In this document: positions 1 to 8,178 of the stretch, in pieces
Numbering within the stretch: position 1 is the first letter of the stretch
Layout: the number at the start of each line of letters is the position of its first letter
NCBI RefSeq assembly: GCF_051659545.1
Contig: NZ_JBOFOR010000158.1
Location: 1 to 20,009 of the forward strand
Direction: 5' to 3'
DNA: 20,009 bases
Source: Romboutsia sp.
GTDB lineage: Bacteria; Bacillota; Clostridia; Peptostreptococcales; Peptostreptococcaceae
Made by a program: the position numbers and the translations under genes
Notes under the pieces: generated by a model
What the model was told of the DNA's origin: nothing
Seen by the model: only the letters and a program-made list of their open reading frames with translations
Database searches by the model: none

Positions 1-81
1 AATATGAATTAAAAAGCTTCAAATAAAATTTAATATATGATATTATTATACTTTACGCTAAAAAAAGAAAGGAAGTATAAT

Positions 82-612
82 ATGAAATTGATAAGAACAA
101 AACCTGAGGAATTTAAAATAGAAAAATTTATCGAATATATAAGTGATAATTTGGAAGAATTACTTTTAGAATACCCGAAAGAAATATCGAGAGTATGTTT
201 AATAGATAAAGATTACCTAGATGTAATTTTATTTGAAGAAGAATATGAAGAAATAAATAATTCGAAGGATTATGCAGATATATTATTAAGTGAAGAATAT
301 GGACTATTACTAACTATTGCGAAAACTAATGAAAATTTAGATAAATTAGAGTTTATAGATGGTAAAAAATATAGTCTGAGTCACTATATAGACGATATTT
401 ATCAAGATAATGCCATAAAAGATATAGGTGATTTAAGTTTAGATATGAGCCATTTAGTAAGTATATTAGTAGACTTAGATGATGGAGAGATAGTTTTATC
501 ATTAGTTAATTTTGAGCATGGTGGACAAATATCTCAGCCCAAAATAATGGAAGCTGAAGACAGCGGAGATTTTGAAGAAGTTGTAAAAGTATTAGTAGAA
601 AAGTTTATGTAA
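82..612 (+). CDS. hypothetical acidic soluble protein, 176 aa, no family recognised
   Basis: Track ORF 37..612. I prefer the in-frame ATG at 82 (GGAAG SD-like at 71-75, 6-nt spacer) over the ATG at 37, which has no SD. Strongly D/E-rich with no hydrophobic segments. TAA stop is followed by hairpin 621..642. Confidence 0.6.
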   Translation: MKLIRTKPEEFKIEKFIEYISDNLEELLLEYPKEISRVCLIDKDYLDVILFEEEYEEINNSKDYADILLSEEYGLLLTIAKTNENLDKLEFIDGKKYSLSHYIDDIYQDNAIKDIGDLSLDMSHLVSILVDLDDGEIVLSLVNFEHGGQISQPKIMEAEDSGDFEEVVKVLVEKFM

Positions 613-620
613 ATAAAAAT

Positions 621-642
621 AGGGCTACCATGAAGTAGCCCT
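621..642. terminator. bidirectional rho-independent terminator between convergent genes
   Basis: AGGGCTAC-catgaa-GTAGCCCT, a perfect 8-bp stem with an A-run upstream and T-rich sequence downstream. It lies between the stop codons at 612 (+) and 649 (-). Confidence 0.7.
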
Positions 643-648
643 TTAAAT

Positions 649-1815
649 TTATACTGTTTTGAAGTGTTTTTTATTCTGAGCTATATCTAATCTACTTATC
701 CAATTTAAAATAACAAAACTAAATAAAGAAGCAAATATAGAGAATATAAATATAGATTTAATACCAAGGGTATCTATAAGTCCACCATAAAGTAGCTTCA
801 TTAAAGAATAAGAAATACCAATAGTAAAAGTATAAACCGTCATAGATGTAGTATAAAGTTTTTTATCTACTACCTTAGCTATAAAATCAAATGCACATAT
901 TGTCATTATAGAAACAGCAATACCATGCATAGAAGTAGCTATCATAAATATCCATGGATTAGAAGTAAACAAATAAACAACCCATCTAACAATTAAAGCA
1001 ATACTAGCAAAACTTATTACTTTAACCAGTCCATACTTTTCAAGTAGTGACTTACTCTTAACCATAAAATAAAGTTCAGGAATTACCATAAAGACAGTAA
1101 GTAATCCAACTAAATCACTTCCAGCTCCAAGATTCATTAAATGTATTCCCTGGAATGCCATCATTGCTTCAGTTAAAGAAGTTACGCATACACCACACAT
1201 TAAAATTAATAAGTATGACTTATTTTTAAATAATAATGGTAAATCTTCTTTTAAGTTTATTTTTTCTTCTGTATCTTTACTTGATAAGCTTGGTAAATAT
1301 GGTGTAATAAATAAACAACCTATCATACTAACCATAAATACGTAGAAAAACATTAAATCGTTATTAGTTATTCTAATAAGTTGGCCACATAAAAAAGAAG
1401 ATATTGCAAAGAACATAGAACCTACAACTCTTATTTTACCGTAATTTTCATTTTTTTCTTCACAATATGAAGTTGTTATAGAATCAGTCAATGGAAGAAT
1501 AGAATTTCTAAACATTTCAAGGAATATAGCTATTACAAAAATAGAAATAAAAGAATTAGTAATAGTATAAATCCATGCACATAAAAGCGAAATAAATATA
1601 TTTATCCAAAGTACAGTTTTTTGTTTACTTAATAAATCACTTAAAAGACCCCAAATAGGAACAAAAATAATACCTAAAATTGAAGGTATTGAAACGATAA
1701 CTCCTACTTGTGAAGATGTAAATCCTAGACTATTTTCTAGATATACTGGTAAAAAAGTGTTATATGCACCTAAACCAATAAATAAAGCTAAATATTTAAT
1801 ATAAAATTTTGACAT
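649..1815 (-). CDS. MFS transporter, MFS_1_like type (HcaT / NupG / XapB-like), 388 aa
   Basis: Track ORF 649..1896. I trim to the ATG at 1815, which is preceded by a perfect AGGAGG (rc of 1821-1826) with a 5-nt spacer; the 27-aa extension has no SD. About 12 hydrophobic helices. 'FLPVYLEN.LGFTSSQVG' and 'ILPLTDSIT' resemble the HcaT/nucleoside-H+ symporter pattern as I recall it. Confidence 0.8.
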   Translation of the reverse strand: MSKFYIKYLALFIGLGAYNTFLPVYLENSLGFTSSQVGVIVSIPSILGIIFVPIWGLLSDLLSKQKTVLWINIFISLLCAWIYTITNSFISIFVIAIFLEMFRNSILPLTDSITTSYCEEKNENYGKIRVVGSMFFAISSFLCGQLIRITNNDLMFFYVFMVSMIGCLFITPYLPSLSSKDTEEKINLKEDLPLLFKNKSYLLILMCGVCVTSLTEAMMAFQGIHLMNLGAGSDLVGLLTVFMVIPELYFMVKSKSLLEKYGLVKVISFASIALIVRWVVYLFTSNPWIFMIATSMHGIAVSIMTICAFDFIAKVVDKKLYTTSMTVYTFTIGISYSLMKLLYGGLIDTLGIKSIFIFSIFASLFSFVILNWISRLDIAQNKKHFKTV

Positions 1816-1956
1816 AATAATTCCTCCTATAATAAATATAACATAAAAAAATAAAATTATAAATAAAGTTAAAATATAAAATAAACTTCTATTCACTTTA
1901 ATGAAGTTGGTATATGGATATGTATTAGATATATATCTAAAAAATAGAGTGAAAAA

Positions 1957-2006
1957 TTATTTAAGTTTCACAAAAGGACATATGTCCTTTTAAAAAACTT
2001 AAATAA
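1957..2006. promoter_or_regulatory. 50-bp composite inverted repeat, candidate operator in a divergent control region
   Basis: TTATTTAAGTTT-cac-AAAAGGACATATGTCCTTTT-aaa-AAACTTAAATAA. The perfect 20-bp core palindrome is 1972-1991 and the perfect 12-bp outer arms are 1957-1968 and 1995-2006. It lies between the MFS start (1815, -) and the Crp/Fnr start (2057, +), so a terminator role is implausible. Confidence 0.5.
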
Positions 2007-2034
2007 TTGATAATATATATATAAGTAATATCAT
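2007..2034 (+). promoter_or_regulatory. candidate sigma-A promoter for the Crp/Fnr-yjjI-yjjW unit
   Basis: TTGATA (2007-2012), 16-nt spacer, TATCAT (2029-2034), followed by SD TAGGAG (2041-2046) and ATG 2057. Such matches are common by chance in AT-rich DNA. Confidence 0.3.
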
Positions 2035-2056
2035 ATTTGTTAGGAGCAATCTAACT

Positions 2057-2746
2057 ATGAAAAATAATACACTTTATAACTTAATAGAAATTAAAGAAGT
2101 TCAAGGTTTTGTAAATAAAATACCGGATAGTATTAAGAATAAATGCAAACTATTAAAGTTTGAAAAATCAAAGATAATAACACTTAAAGGAAATACTATA
2201 AAAAATATCTACATAAGCTTGCAAGGGAAAATGCAAGTTAAAAATGAATTTGAGAATGGATTTATATATAATTTTGCAGAAGTAGAATCTATATCATATA
2301 TAGGTGCTATGGAAATTATGGCAAATGAAAATAAATATTCATCAACTTTACAAACAACTACAGAGTGTCTAATGATTGAAATTAAAGTAAATGATTTTAT
2401 AAACTGGATAAACAATGATCAATGCTTAACCTTAGAAGTACTAAAGTTTGTATCTATGAGTATGCATAAACAATCATTAAACAAAGGGGAAGTACTAGCA
2501 TATCCTGCTATATACTCTCTCATAACTTATTTAATAAATGTATATAAAAGTGAAAAAAGTGAAACTATATATCTACAAAAAAGTAGAGAAGAAATAGGGT
2601 CAACGCTAGGATTTTCTGTAAGAACAATTAATAGAAACCTAAAGCTTCTAAAAGAAGAAAAATTAATTTCAGTTAACAGAAAAGTTATATCAATAAGCAA
2701 GGAACAGTTTAATAAACTGTCATATAAATTAAACTCAATAAAATAA
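2057..2746 (+). CDS. Crp/Fnr family transcriptional regulator, 229 aa
   Basis: N-terminal cNMP-binding-like beta-roll region followed by a C-terminal Crp-type HTH ('SREEIGSTLGFSVRTINRNLKLLKEEKLI'). Only 3 scattered Cys, so no FNR-type N-terminal Fe-S cysteine cluster. Confidence 0.85.
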   Translation: MKNNTLYNLIEIKEVQGFVNKIPDSIKNKCKLLKFEKSKIITLKGNTIKNIYISLQGKMQVKNEFENGFIYNFAEVESISYIGAMEIMANENKYSSTLQTTTECLMIEIKVNDFINWINNDQCLTLEVLKFVSMSMHKQSLNKGEVLAYPAIYSLITYLINVYKSEKSETIYLQKSREEIGSTLGFSVRTINRNLKLLKEEKLISVNRKVISISKEQFNKLSYKLNSIK

Positions 2747-2767
2747 ACATATGTAGGGGGAAAAAAT

Positions 2768-4261
2768 ATGCAACAAGTTCTAGACATTATAAAAAATGAA
2801 ACACTAACTTACAACCAACAAGTATTACAACTAGCAGGGCAAGCTGAAAGTACTTTAAATGTACTTGATATAGATGAAGACACTAAAAAACTACTAGATG
2901 AAAATATCATATGTGGTATGTTTGAAGGAAATGCTCCGTATAGGCCAAGATACATAATACCAAATTACGAATTGTTAATGAAAAAAGGATGTAAATTCTT
3001 AGACCTAGATATACCAACGGATATATGGGAAGCTACGAATACATTATTAATATTTTACAAACACGTGCCATCTATAACATCATATCCAGTGTATCTTGGA
3101 AACCTAGATGAACTTTTAGAGCCTTTTGTAAAAGATGAAGAAGAAGCTTATAAAGCTATAAAGTTATTCTTAAAGCATATAGATAGAACTTTAACAGATT
3201 CTTTTGTTCATGCAAATATAGGTCCAGTAGATACTAAAGCAGGTAGATTAGTACTTAAAGCAATGAAAGAATTACAATGTGCAGTACCGAACTTAACAGT
3301 AAAATACGATAAAGACTTAACTTCAAAAGGATTTATAAACATATGTGCAGATACAGCATTAATAACAGCTAAGCCTAGCTTTGCTAATCATAAGATGGAT
3401 ATTAAAGATTTTGGAACTGAAAAGTATGCACTTGCAAGCTGTTACAATGGATTTATAATAGGCGGAGGGGGACATACCTTAGTTAGACTTGTCCTTAGTA
3501 GATTAGCAGAAACTTCAGACTCAGCAGAAGACTTTATAGAAAATAAAATACCTTATGTATCACTTAAAATGTTGGATTATATAGATGAAAGAGTAAGGTT
3601 TTTACTAGAAGAATCTGCATTTTTCAAATCAAACTTCCTTGTATTAGAAGGTTTTATCAAAAAAGAATTGTTTAGTGGAATGTTTGGAATGGTAGGGCTT
3701 GCCGAAGCTGTAAATTATCTTTTAAATGCAACAAATCAAGATGATAGATTTGGATACTCAAAAGAAGCTAATGATTTAGGATTAAGAATAATAGAAAAAA
3801 TTAATTCTATAGTAACTTCGTATAAATCAAAATATACAACTTGTTTTAATAGCCAACATTTAATGCATGCTCAAGTAGGAATAGACACAGATACTGGAAT
3901 ATCACCAGGGTGTAGAATACCAGTAGGTGAAGAACCACAACTATTTAAGCATATATTACAATCTGCGCCATATCATAAATACTTCTTCAATGGGATAGGT
4001 GATATATTTGTATTTGAAGATACCTATAAAAATAATATAGAAGCAGTAGTAAATGTAATAGATGGAGCTTTTAATAGTGGTGTAAGATATATATCAGTAT
4101 ACGGTGATAGCTCTGACGTAGTTCGTGTTACAGGATATTTAGTTAAAAAGTCGGAAGTAGCACAACTTGAAAAAGGAAATGCAGTTAAAAATAATGCAAC
4201 AGTATTTGGAATGAATGCAAAAAATGGTGCTAAAGCCTTTGATAGAAAGCTTAGGGATTAA
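2768..4261 (+). CDS. yjjI: YjjI-family (DUF3029) glycyl-radical enzyme, 497 aa
   Basis: SD GGGGGA then ATG 2768, 21 nt after the regulator. The C-terminal 'SDVVRVTGYLV' matches the glycyl-radical fingerprint RVxG[FWY] (Gly456, nt 4133-4135). Size of about 500 aa and coupling to a YjjW-type activase fit the YjjI family (TIGR04040, from memory). Confidence 0.8.
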   Translation: MQQVLDIIKNETLTYNQQVLQLAGQAESTLNVLDIDEDTKKLLDENIICGMFEGNAPYRPRYIIPNYELLMKKGCKFLDLDIPTDIWEATNTLLIFYKHVPSITSYPVYLGNLDELLEPFVKDEEEAYKAIKLFLKHIDRTLTDSFVHANIGPVDTKAGRLVLKAMKELQCAVPNLTVKYDKDLTSKGFINICADTALITAKPSFANHKMDIKDFGTEKYALASCYNGFIIGGGGHTLVRLVLSRLAETSDSAEDFIENKIPYVSLKMLDYIDERVRFLLEESAFFKSNFLVLEGFIKKELFSGMFGMVGLAEAVNYLLNATNQDDRFGYSKEANDLGLRIIEKINSIVTSYKSKYTTCFNSQHLMHAQVGIDTDTGISPGCRIPVGEEPQLFKHILQSAPYHKYFFNGIGDIFVFEDTYKNNIEAVVNVIDGAFNSGVRYISVYGDSSDVVRVTGYLVKKSEVAQLEKGNAVKNNATVFGMNAKNGAKAFDRKLRD

Positions 4262-4263
4262 AT

Positions 4264-5061
4264 ATGGCAGTGGTTAACAAGATTATTCCTTTTTCATGTA
4301 TAGATGGACCAGGAAATAGAACGGCAATATTTTTCCAAGAATGTAACTTTAAATGTACTTATTGTCACAATCCTGAAACTATAAAAAAGTGTATAAACTG
4401 TACTAAATGTATATCAGTTTGCCCAGTTAAGGCACTAGAAGTGAAAGATGAAAAAGTAGTTTGGAATGAAAAGATTTGTGTACAGTGTGATAATTGTATT
4501 AGAGTTTGTAATAACTTATCAACTCCTAAGACTAAAGAGTTTAGTGTAGATGAACTCTTTAATGAAATAAAGGAAATAAGCCCATTTATCCAAGGTATAA
4601 CGGTAAGTGGAGGAGAATGTACTCTAAATGCTGATTTTTTAATAGGACTATTTAAAAAAGTAAAAGAAGAATTAGATCTTACTTGTTTTGTAGATACTAA
4701 CGGAGGTATAGACTTAACAAATTATGAAGAACTAGTAGATGTAACGGATAAGTTTATGCTAGATGTGAAAAGTATAGATGAAAATGAGCATATTAAAATT
4801 ACAGGAATTAGTAATAATATTGTTTTGAAAAATCTAAAATATCTTTTAGATAAAAATAAGCTATACGAAGTTAGAACTGTTATAGCTCCTAATTTAAAGA
4901 ATGAAAAAACTGTTAAAGAAGTTTCTAATATTATTAAAAATAAGTGTAAGTATAAACTGAATGTATATAGAAAACATGGAGTAAGAAAAGAAGGTATTGA
5001 TTTTCATGGTGAAACAAGTCTTAGTGAAGAAGAAATAAATAAATTTAAAAAATATATATAA
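4264..5061 (+). CDS. yjjW: YjjW-family glycyl-radical enzyme activase (radical SAM), 265 aa
   Basis: Starts 2 nt after the yjjI TAA. 'GPGNRTAIFFQECNFKCTYCHNPE' carries the radical-SAM CX3CX2C (nt 4342-4365). Two ferredoxin-like motifs, CINCTKCISVCP and CVQCDNCIRVC, then 'GITVSGGE', as in GRE activases. Confidence 0.85.
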   Translation: MAVVNKIIPFSCIDGPGNRTAIFFQECNFKCTYCHNPETIKKCINCTKCISVCPVKALEVKDEKVVWNEKICVQCDNCIRVCNNLSTPKTKEFSVDELFNEIKEISPFIQGITVSGGECTLNADFLIGLFKKVKEELDLTCFVDTNGGIDLTNYEELVDVTDKFMLDVKSIDENEHIKITGISNNIVLKNLKYLLDKNKLYEVRTVIAPNLKNEKTVKEVSNIIKNKCKYKLNVYRKHGVRKEGIDFHGETSLSEEEINKFKKYI

Positions 5062-5064
5062 AAT

Positions 5065-5099
5065 AAAGGGTAATTACACAGTGTTAGTAATTACCCTTT
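5065..5099. terminator. bidirectional rho-independent terminator
   Basis: AAAGGGTAATTAC-acagtgtta-GTAATTACCCTTT, a perfect 13-bp stem between the convergent stops at 5061 (+) and 5110 (-). Confidence 0.8.
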
Positions 5100-5109
5100 A
5101 ATAACTTTA

Positions 5110-6072
5110 TTATACAGAACATCCATTTTGTCCAAGATAAGTTGATAAAAAAATTCTTAATTCAACTAAGCATAAAAATAAAATAGCACGATTTTCAAAT
5201 TCATCTCGATTAAGAGGGAGGGGTTGGTTTTTAATGTCTGATGTTAAAAACTCAAGCTCCTTTAGTAATTTACTGACATTGTTAAAATCGAGGGTTGTAT
5301 TAGCCATTTTAAATATAAAATCAGAAATAATATAACCTTGAGAGGGAGTAGAATTTAAAGTATATACATAAGAATATAGAGTTTCTAATATATCCCTTTG
5401 TCTCTTGATGCTTTCAATATGATTTAAAAAAAATCTAGTATCACTTAATAAATTATTATTTATATTTTCATAGGTTTGAGAAACGCTCTTGTCTATTAAA
5501 TTATTCAAATTATGAAGGTCTTTATCGTACTCGGTACCTTCAGTAGGACTTTTGATAAGGTTTGAAATATCTAAAAGTATAACACGAATTTCTTCTTGGA
5601 GCTTTAACTGACCATTGTAAATTTTATCAATATTGCTTGGAATATACATATTCATAATAACGCCCATAGAAGCTCCTATAGTGAATAATAAAGATTCGTT
5701 TATAATCATATCAAAAGATACATTACCTTGAAGCAAGTAATGGGAAGATATAACAAGACACATAGCCATAACGTACTGTATATCTAAAATAAAGCAAAAA
5801 GTTATAATTATAAATGTATATACTGAGAATGAAACTAAATTAAATCCTAATGTATTAAAACATAAATATGAAAATAATGTACATAAAAGAAATCCATATA
5901 CTTTTCCAAGTGCAACTTTAAGTGTTTCTTTTTTTGTATTTTTTACTGTCAAAAGTGTAATTATACCAGCAAACATGGCATATTCTAGATTTAATAACCC
6001 AGCAATAAAAGTAGCTAAAGAACTACCTAGAGCTAATTTTATTATTTTAAGTGCGTTACTTTTGTTTAACAT
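5110..6072 (-). CDS. aromatic acid exporter family (ArAE_1 / FUSC-like) membrane protein, 320 aa
   Basis: N-terminal half has about 5 TM helices ('LKIIKLALGSSLATFIAGLL...AMFAGIITLLTV'); C-terminal half is a soluble helical domain. This architecture and N-terminal pattern are typical of Firmicutes ArAE proteins (from memory). AAGGAGG lies upstream but with a long 15-nt spacer. Confidence 0.6.
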   Translation of the reverse strand: MLNKSNALKIIKLALGSSLATFIAGLLNLEYAMFAGIITLLTVKNTKKETLKVALGKVYGFLLCTLFSYLCFNTLGFNLVSFSVYTFIIITFCFILDIQYVMAMCLVISSHYLLQGNVSFDMIINESLLFTIGASMGVIMNMYIPSNIDKIYNGQLKLQEEIRVILLDISNLIKSPTEGTEYDKDLHNLNNLIDKSVSQTYENINNNLLSDTRFFLNHIESIKRQRDILETLYSYVYTLNSTPSQGYIISDFIFKMANTTLDFNNVSKLLKELEFLTSDIKNQPLPLNRDEFENRAILFLCLVELRIFLSTYLGQNGCSV

Positions 6073-6384
6073 ATCAATTCTCGTATACCTCCTTAAATAT
6101 TAAAATAATATTATATATTTTAACATAATTTGTATAATTTCAAAAGTACAAACTCTTTAGCCAGTACCTTATTATAGATTTATTAATATTAGTTTAGGAT
6201 TTAAAGAATTAAATATACATAAATTTAATTCTAAGATACTAACATAAAAAAGGACAAAATTGCTAAACTTATTTTGGGCTAAAAAGCATATAATAAATGT
6301 AGTACTTTTAATAATCTATATTGATATTAGTATATATCTACAAGTCTGAAATAAGTTAAAAATCATAACTAAAAGGAGATTTAT

Positions 6385-6669
6385 ATGAATAATATTGTCA
6401 CCTTTTCTATAATAGTTATAATATTATTAGCGAGTTTTCAAACGGTGGATTCAATACAAATATTTATGTATAAGCATAAAGACAATCCAGAAAAAATATT
6501 GAAATTTGGAACAATGCGACTAGCAACAATATTTTTAGCTATAACAGCTTTTGCGTATATGCTTGGGTTGTCCAGTTGGATTATTAATAGTATGTTAATA
6601 TTAATGGCAATAGTAATTGCCACTTTTGTACTATTAATTAAACTTATGTACAAAAATAATATTAATTAA
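6385..6669 (+). CDS. small integral membrane protein, 94 aa, 3 predicted TM helices, unknown function
   Basis: AAAGGAG SD 7 nt upstream of the ATG, hydrophobic segments, and terminator directly after the stop. Confidence 0.6.
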   Translation: MNNIVTFSIIVIILLASFQTVDSIQIFMYKHKDNPEKILKFGTMRLATIFLAITAFAYMLGLSSWIINSMLILMAIVIATFVLLIKLMYKNNIN

Positions 6670-6693
6670 GCTACTTATATATATAAGTAGCTT
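6668..6693 (+). terminator. rho-independent terminator
   Basis: AAGCTACTTA-tatata-TAAGTAGCTT, a perfect palindrome followed by TTTAATA. Confidence 0.7.
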
Positions 6694-6722
6694 TTTAATA
6701 TTGACTTAAACCAATAAAAATG

Positions 6723-6748
6723 TTAGATTTAATGAAAATTAAATCTAA
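6723..6748 (-). terminator. rho-independent terminator for the minus-strand ORF 6756..7286
   Basis: TTAGATTTAAT-gaaa-ATTAAATCTAA, a perfect 11-bp stem. On the minus strand it is followed by CATTTTTATT and starts 8 nt after the stop. Confidence 0.6.
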
Positions 6749-6755
6749 TGGGGGA

Positions 6756-7286
6756 TTAGAAGATGTCAATAAAGGTTATAAAGAAAATAGAACATAGTAA
6801 TATAGCAGATATTTTATATTGTGTAAACGGAAATGTTAAAATAGACATAGAATCTAATATAGAATTAAGTGAGGGTGATTTATTTTTATTATGATAATAA
6901 GTTGTAATACGAGTGACGATAATTCCCCCAATAATTAAAGCAATAGGTCCACCGTAGTTTCTAAGAATAGGCTCTAGAACATCACTAAAACTGCCTGCTT
7001 CAGAAATCTCACTCCATACAGCACCAATAAATCCTGCCACACCTATTAAAAATACAAAACAAGATACAAATAATGCAGTACATTTAGATTTAAATACAAA
7101 GTATGATCCAACTAATACTACATAGGGAATAACTAAAGATAATGCTGATGAATTTGTAAGCAGTTCAAAAAGAATATCTATACTGCCAACACCAACTAAC
7201 GGAACTACAATTAGTAAAATAAGTATTCCACATTGAACCCATAGAGCATTTATCATAGTACCATCTTCACGTTGCTTAGTTAACAC
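6756..7286 (-). pseudogene. probable C-terminal remnant of an APC-superfamily (YjeM/GadC-like) amino-acid permease; alternatively a stand-alone 4-TM protein
   Basis: 'INALWVQCGILILLIV...LTNSSALSLVIPYVVLVGSYFVFK' resembles the last 4 TM helices of APC permeases, as recalled. The ORF opens with GTG and has no SD, and only 103 nt separate it from the divergent thrE-like gene, so the first ~300 aa of a full permease are absent. It has its own terminator. Confidence 0.4.
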
Positions 7287-7389
7287 TTTGTTAATTTATA
7301 TTAACTATAAAAAATTAACTTCTTTATTGATTCAAAAGTAAGTGATATAATTTACTTCTGATATAAATATAAGTAAAGGGGGAAAACTC

Positions 7390-8178
7390 ATGAAAGAACA
7401 AAATAATTATAAATACAAGAAAGATGTATTGCGTTTAGCTACATTTATAGGACAACTAATGCTCGCTAACGGAGCAGAGACTTTTAGAGTAGATGATACT
7501 GTAAAAAGGATTTGTAAATCAAGAGGGTTTTCTCATATAAATGTATTTATGGCGCCTAATACAATTATAGTGTCAGATGATAGGTTTGATGGGTATACAT
7601 TTATGAAGGTGATAGAAAATAGGTGTATAAACTTAAATAAAATTGATTTATTAAATGACTTTTCAAGAAAGTTTGTAAGTCAAACAGAGATGTGCATTGA
7701 TGAAGCAATAGAAACATTAATAAAACTAGATGAAGTAAGACATCACTCACAAATAGCAATAAATATATGGACTGCAATAGGCTCTTCAAGTTTTGCTGTA
7801 TTAGTTGGAGGGGATAATGTAATAACATTTATGCTGACTCTAATAACATCTGTAATGGCTATGATTATATTTAATAAAGTTAAAAAAATTAGTAATATAC
7901 CTGTTTTTGCAACTTTAGTATCATCCATGATAATAGGATTTTGCGGAGTAGGGCTTGTAGAATTAGGAATACTAGAAACACCAAAAATGTTAATAGTGGG
8001 GTCTATTATGCCACTTTTGCCGGGAGTACCTTTCTTAAAAGCTATAAGAGATTTAGTATCGGGAGAATTAATGTCAGGAGTTGGACGAGCAATTGATGCG
8101 GGAATTATTGCTACAGGTATAGCCGTAGGTATTGGTATGACTATGAATTTATATGTTAAGTGGGGTGGTTTATTATAA
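7390..8178 (+). CDS. threonine/serine exporter family protein (ThrE / DUF1212, YjjP-like), 262 aa
   Basis: SD AAGGGGGA. 'LRLATFIGQLMLANGAETFRVDDTVKRI' is the hallmark N-terminal ThrE motif. C-terminal half has 5 TM helices. Confidence 0.8.
   Translation: MKEQNNYKYKKDVLRLATFIGQLMLANGAETFRVDDTVKRICKSRGFSHINVFMAPNTIIVSDDRFDGYTFMKVIENRCINLNKIDLLNDFSRKFVSQTEMCIDEAIETLIKLDEVRHHSQIAINIWTAIGSSSFAVLVGGDNVITFMLTLITSVMAMIIFNKVKKISNIPVFATLVSSMIIGFCGVGLVELGILETPKMLIVGSIMPLLPGVPFLKAIRDLVSGELMSGVGRAIDAGIIATGIAVGIGMTMNLYVKWGGLL

Noticed and set aside
1816-1896. 27-aa N-terminal extension of the MFS ORF; similarly 37..81 of the first ORF and 8160..8177 of the ThrE_2 ORF
   Set aside because: Internal ATGs at 1815, 82 and 8178 each have a properly spaced SD (AGGAGG, GGAAG, GGGGTGG). 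The upstream starts have none.
2209-2787. Antisense ORFs 2209..2415 (-) and 2527..2787 (-) inside and overlapping the Crp/Fnr gene
   Set aside because: They fall entirely within a well-supported gene on the other strand. They have no SD, and their Ile/Phe/Leu-rich low-complexity translation is typical of the antisense of AT-rich coding DNA.
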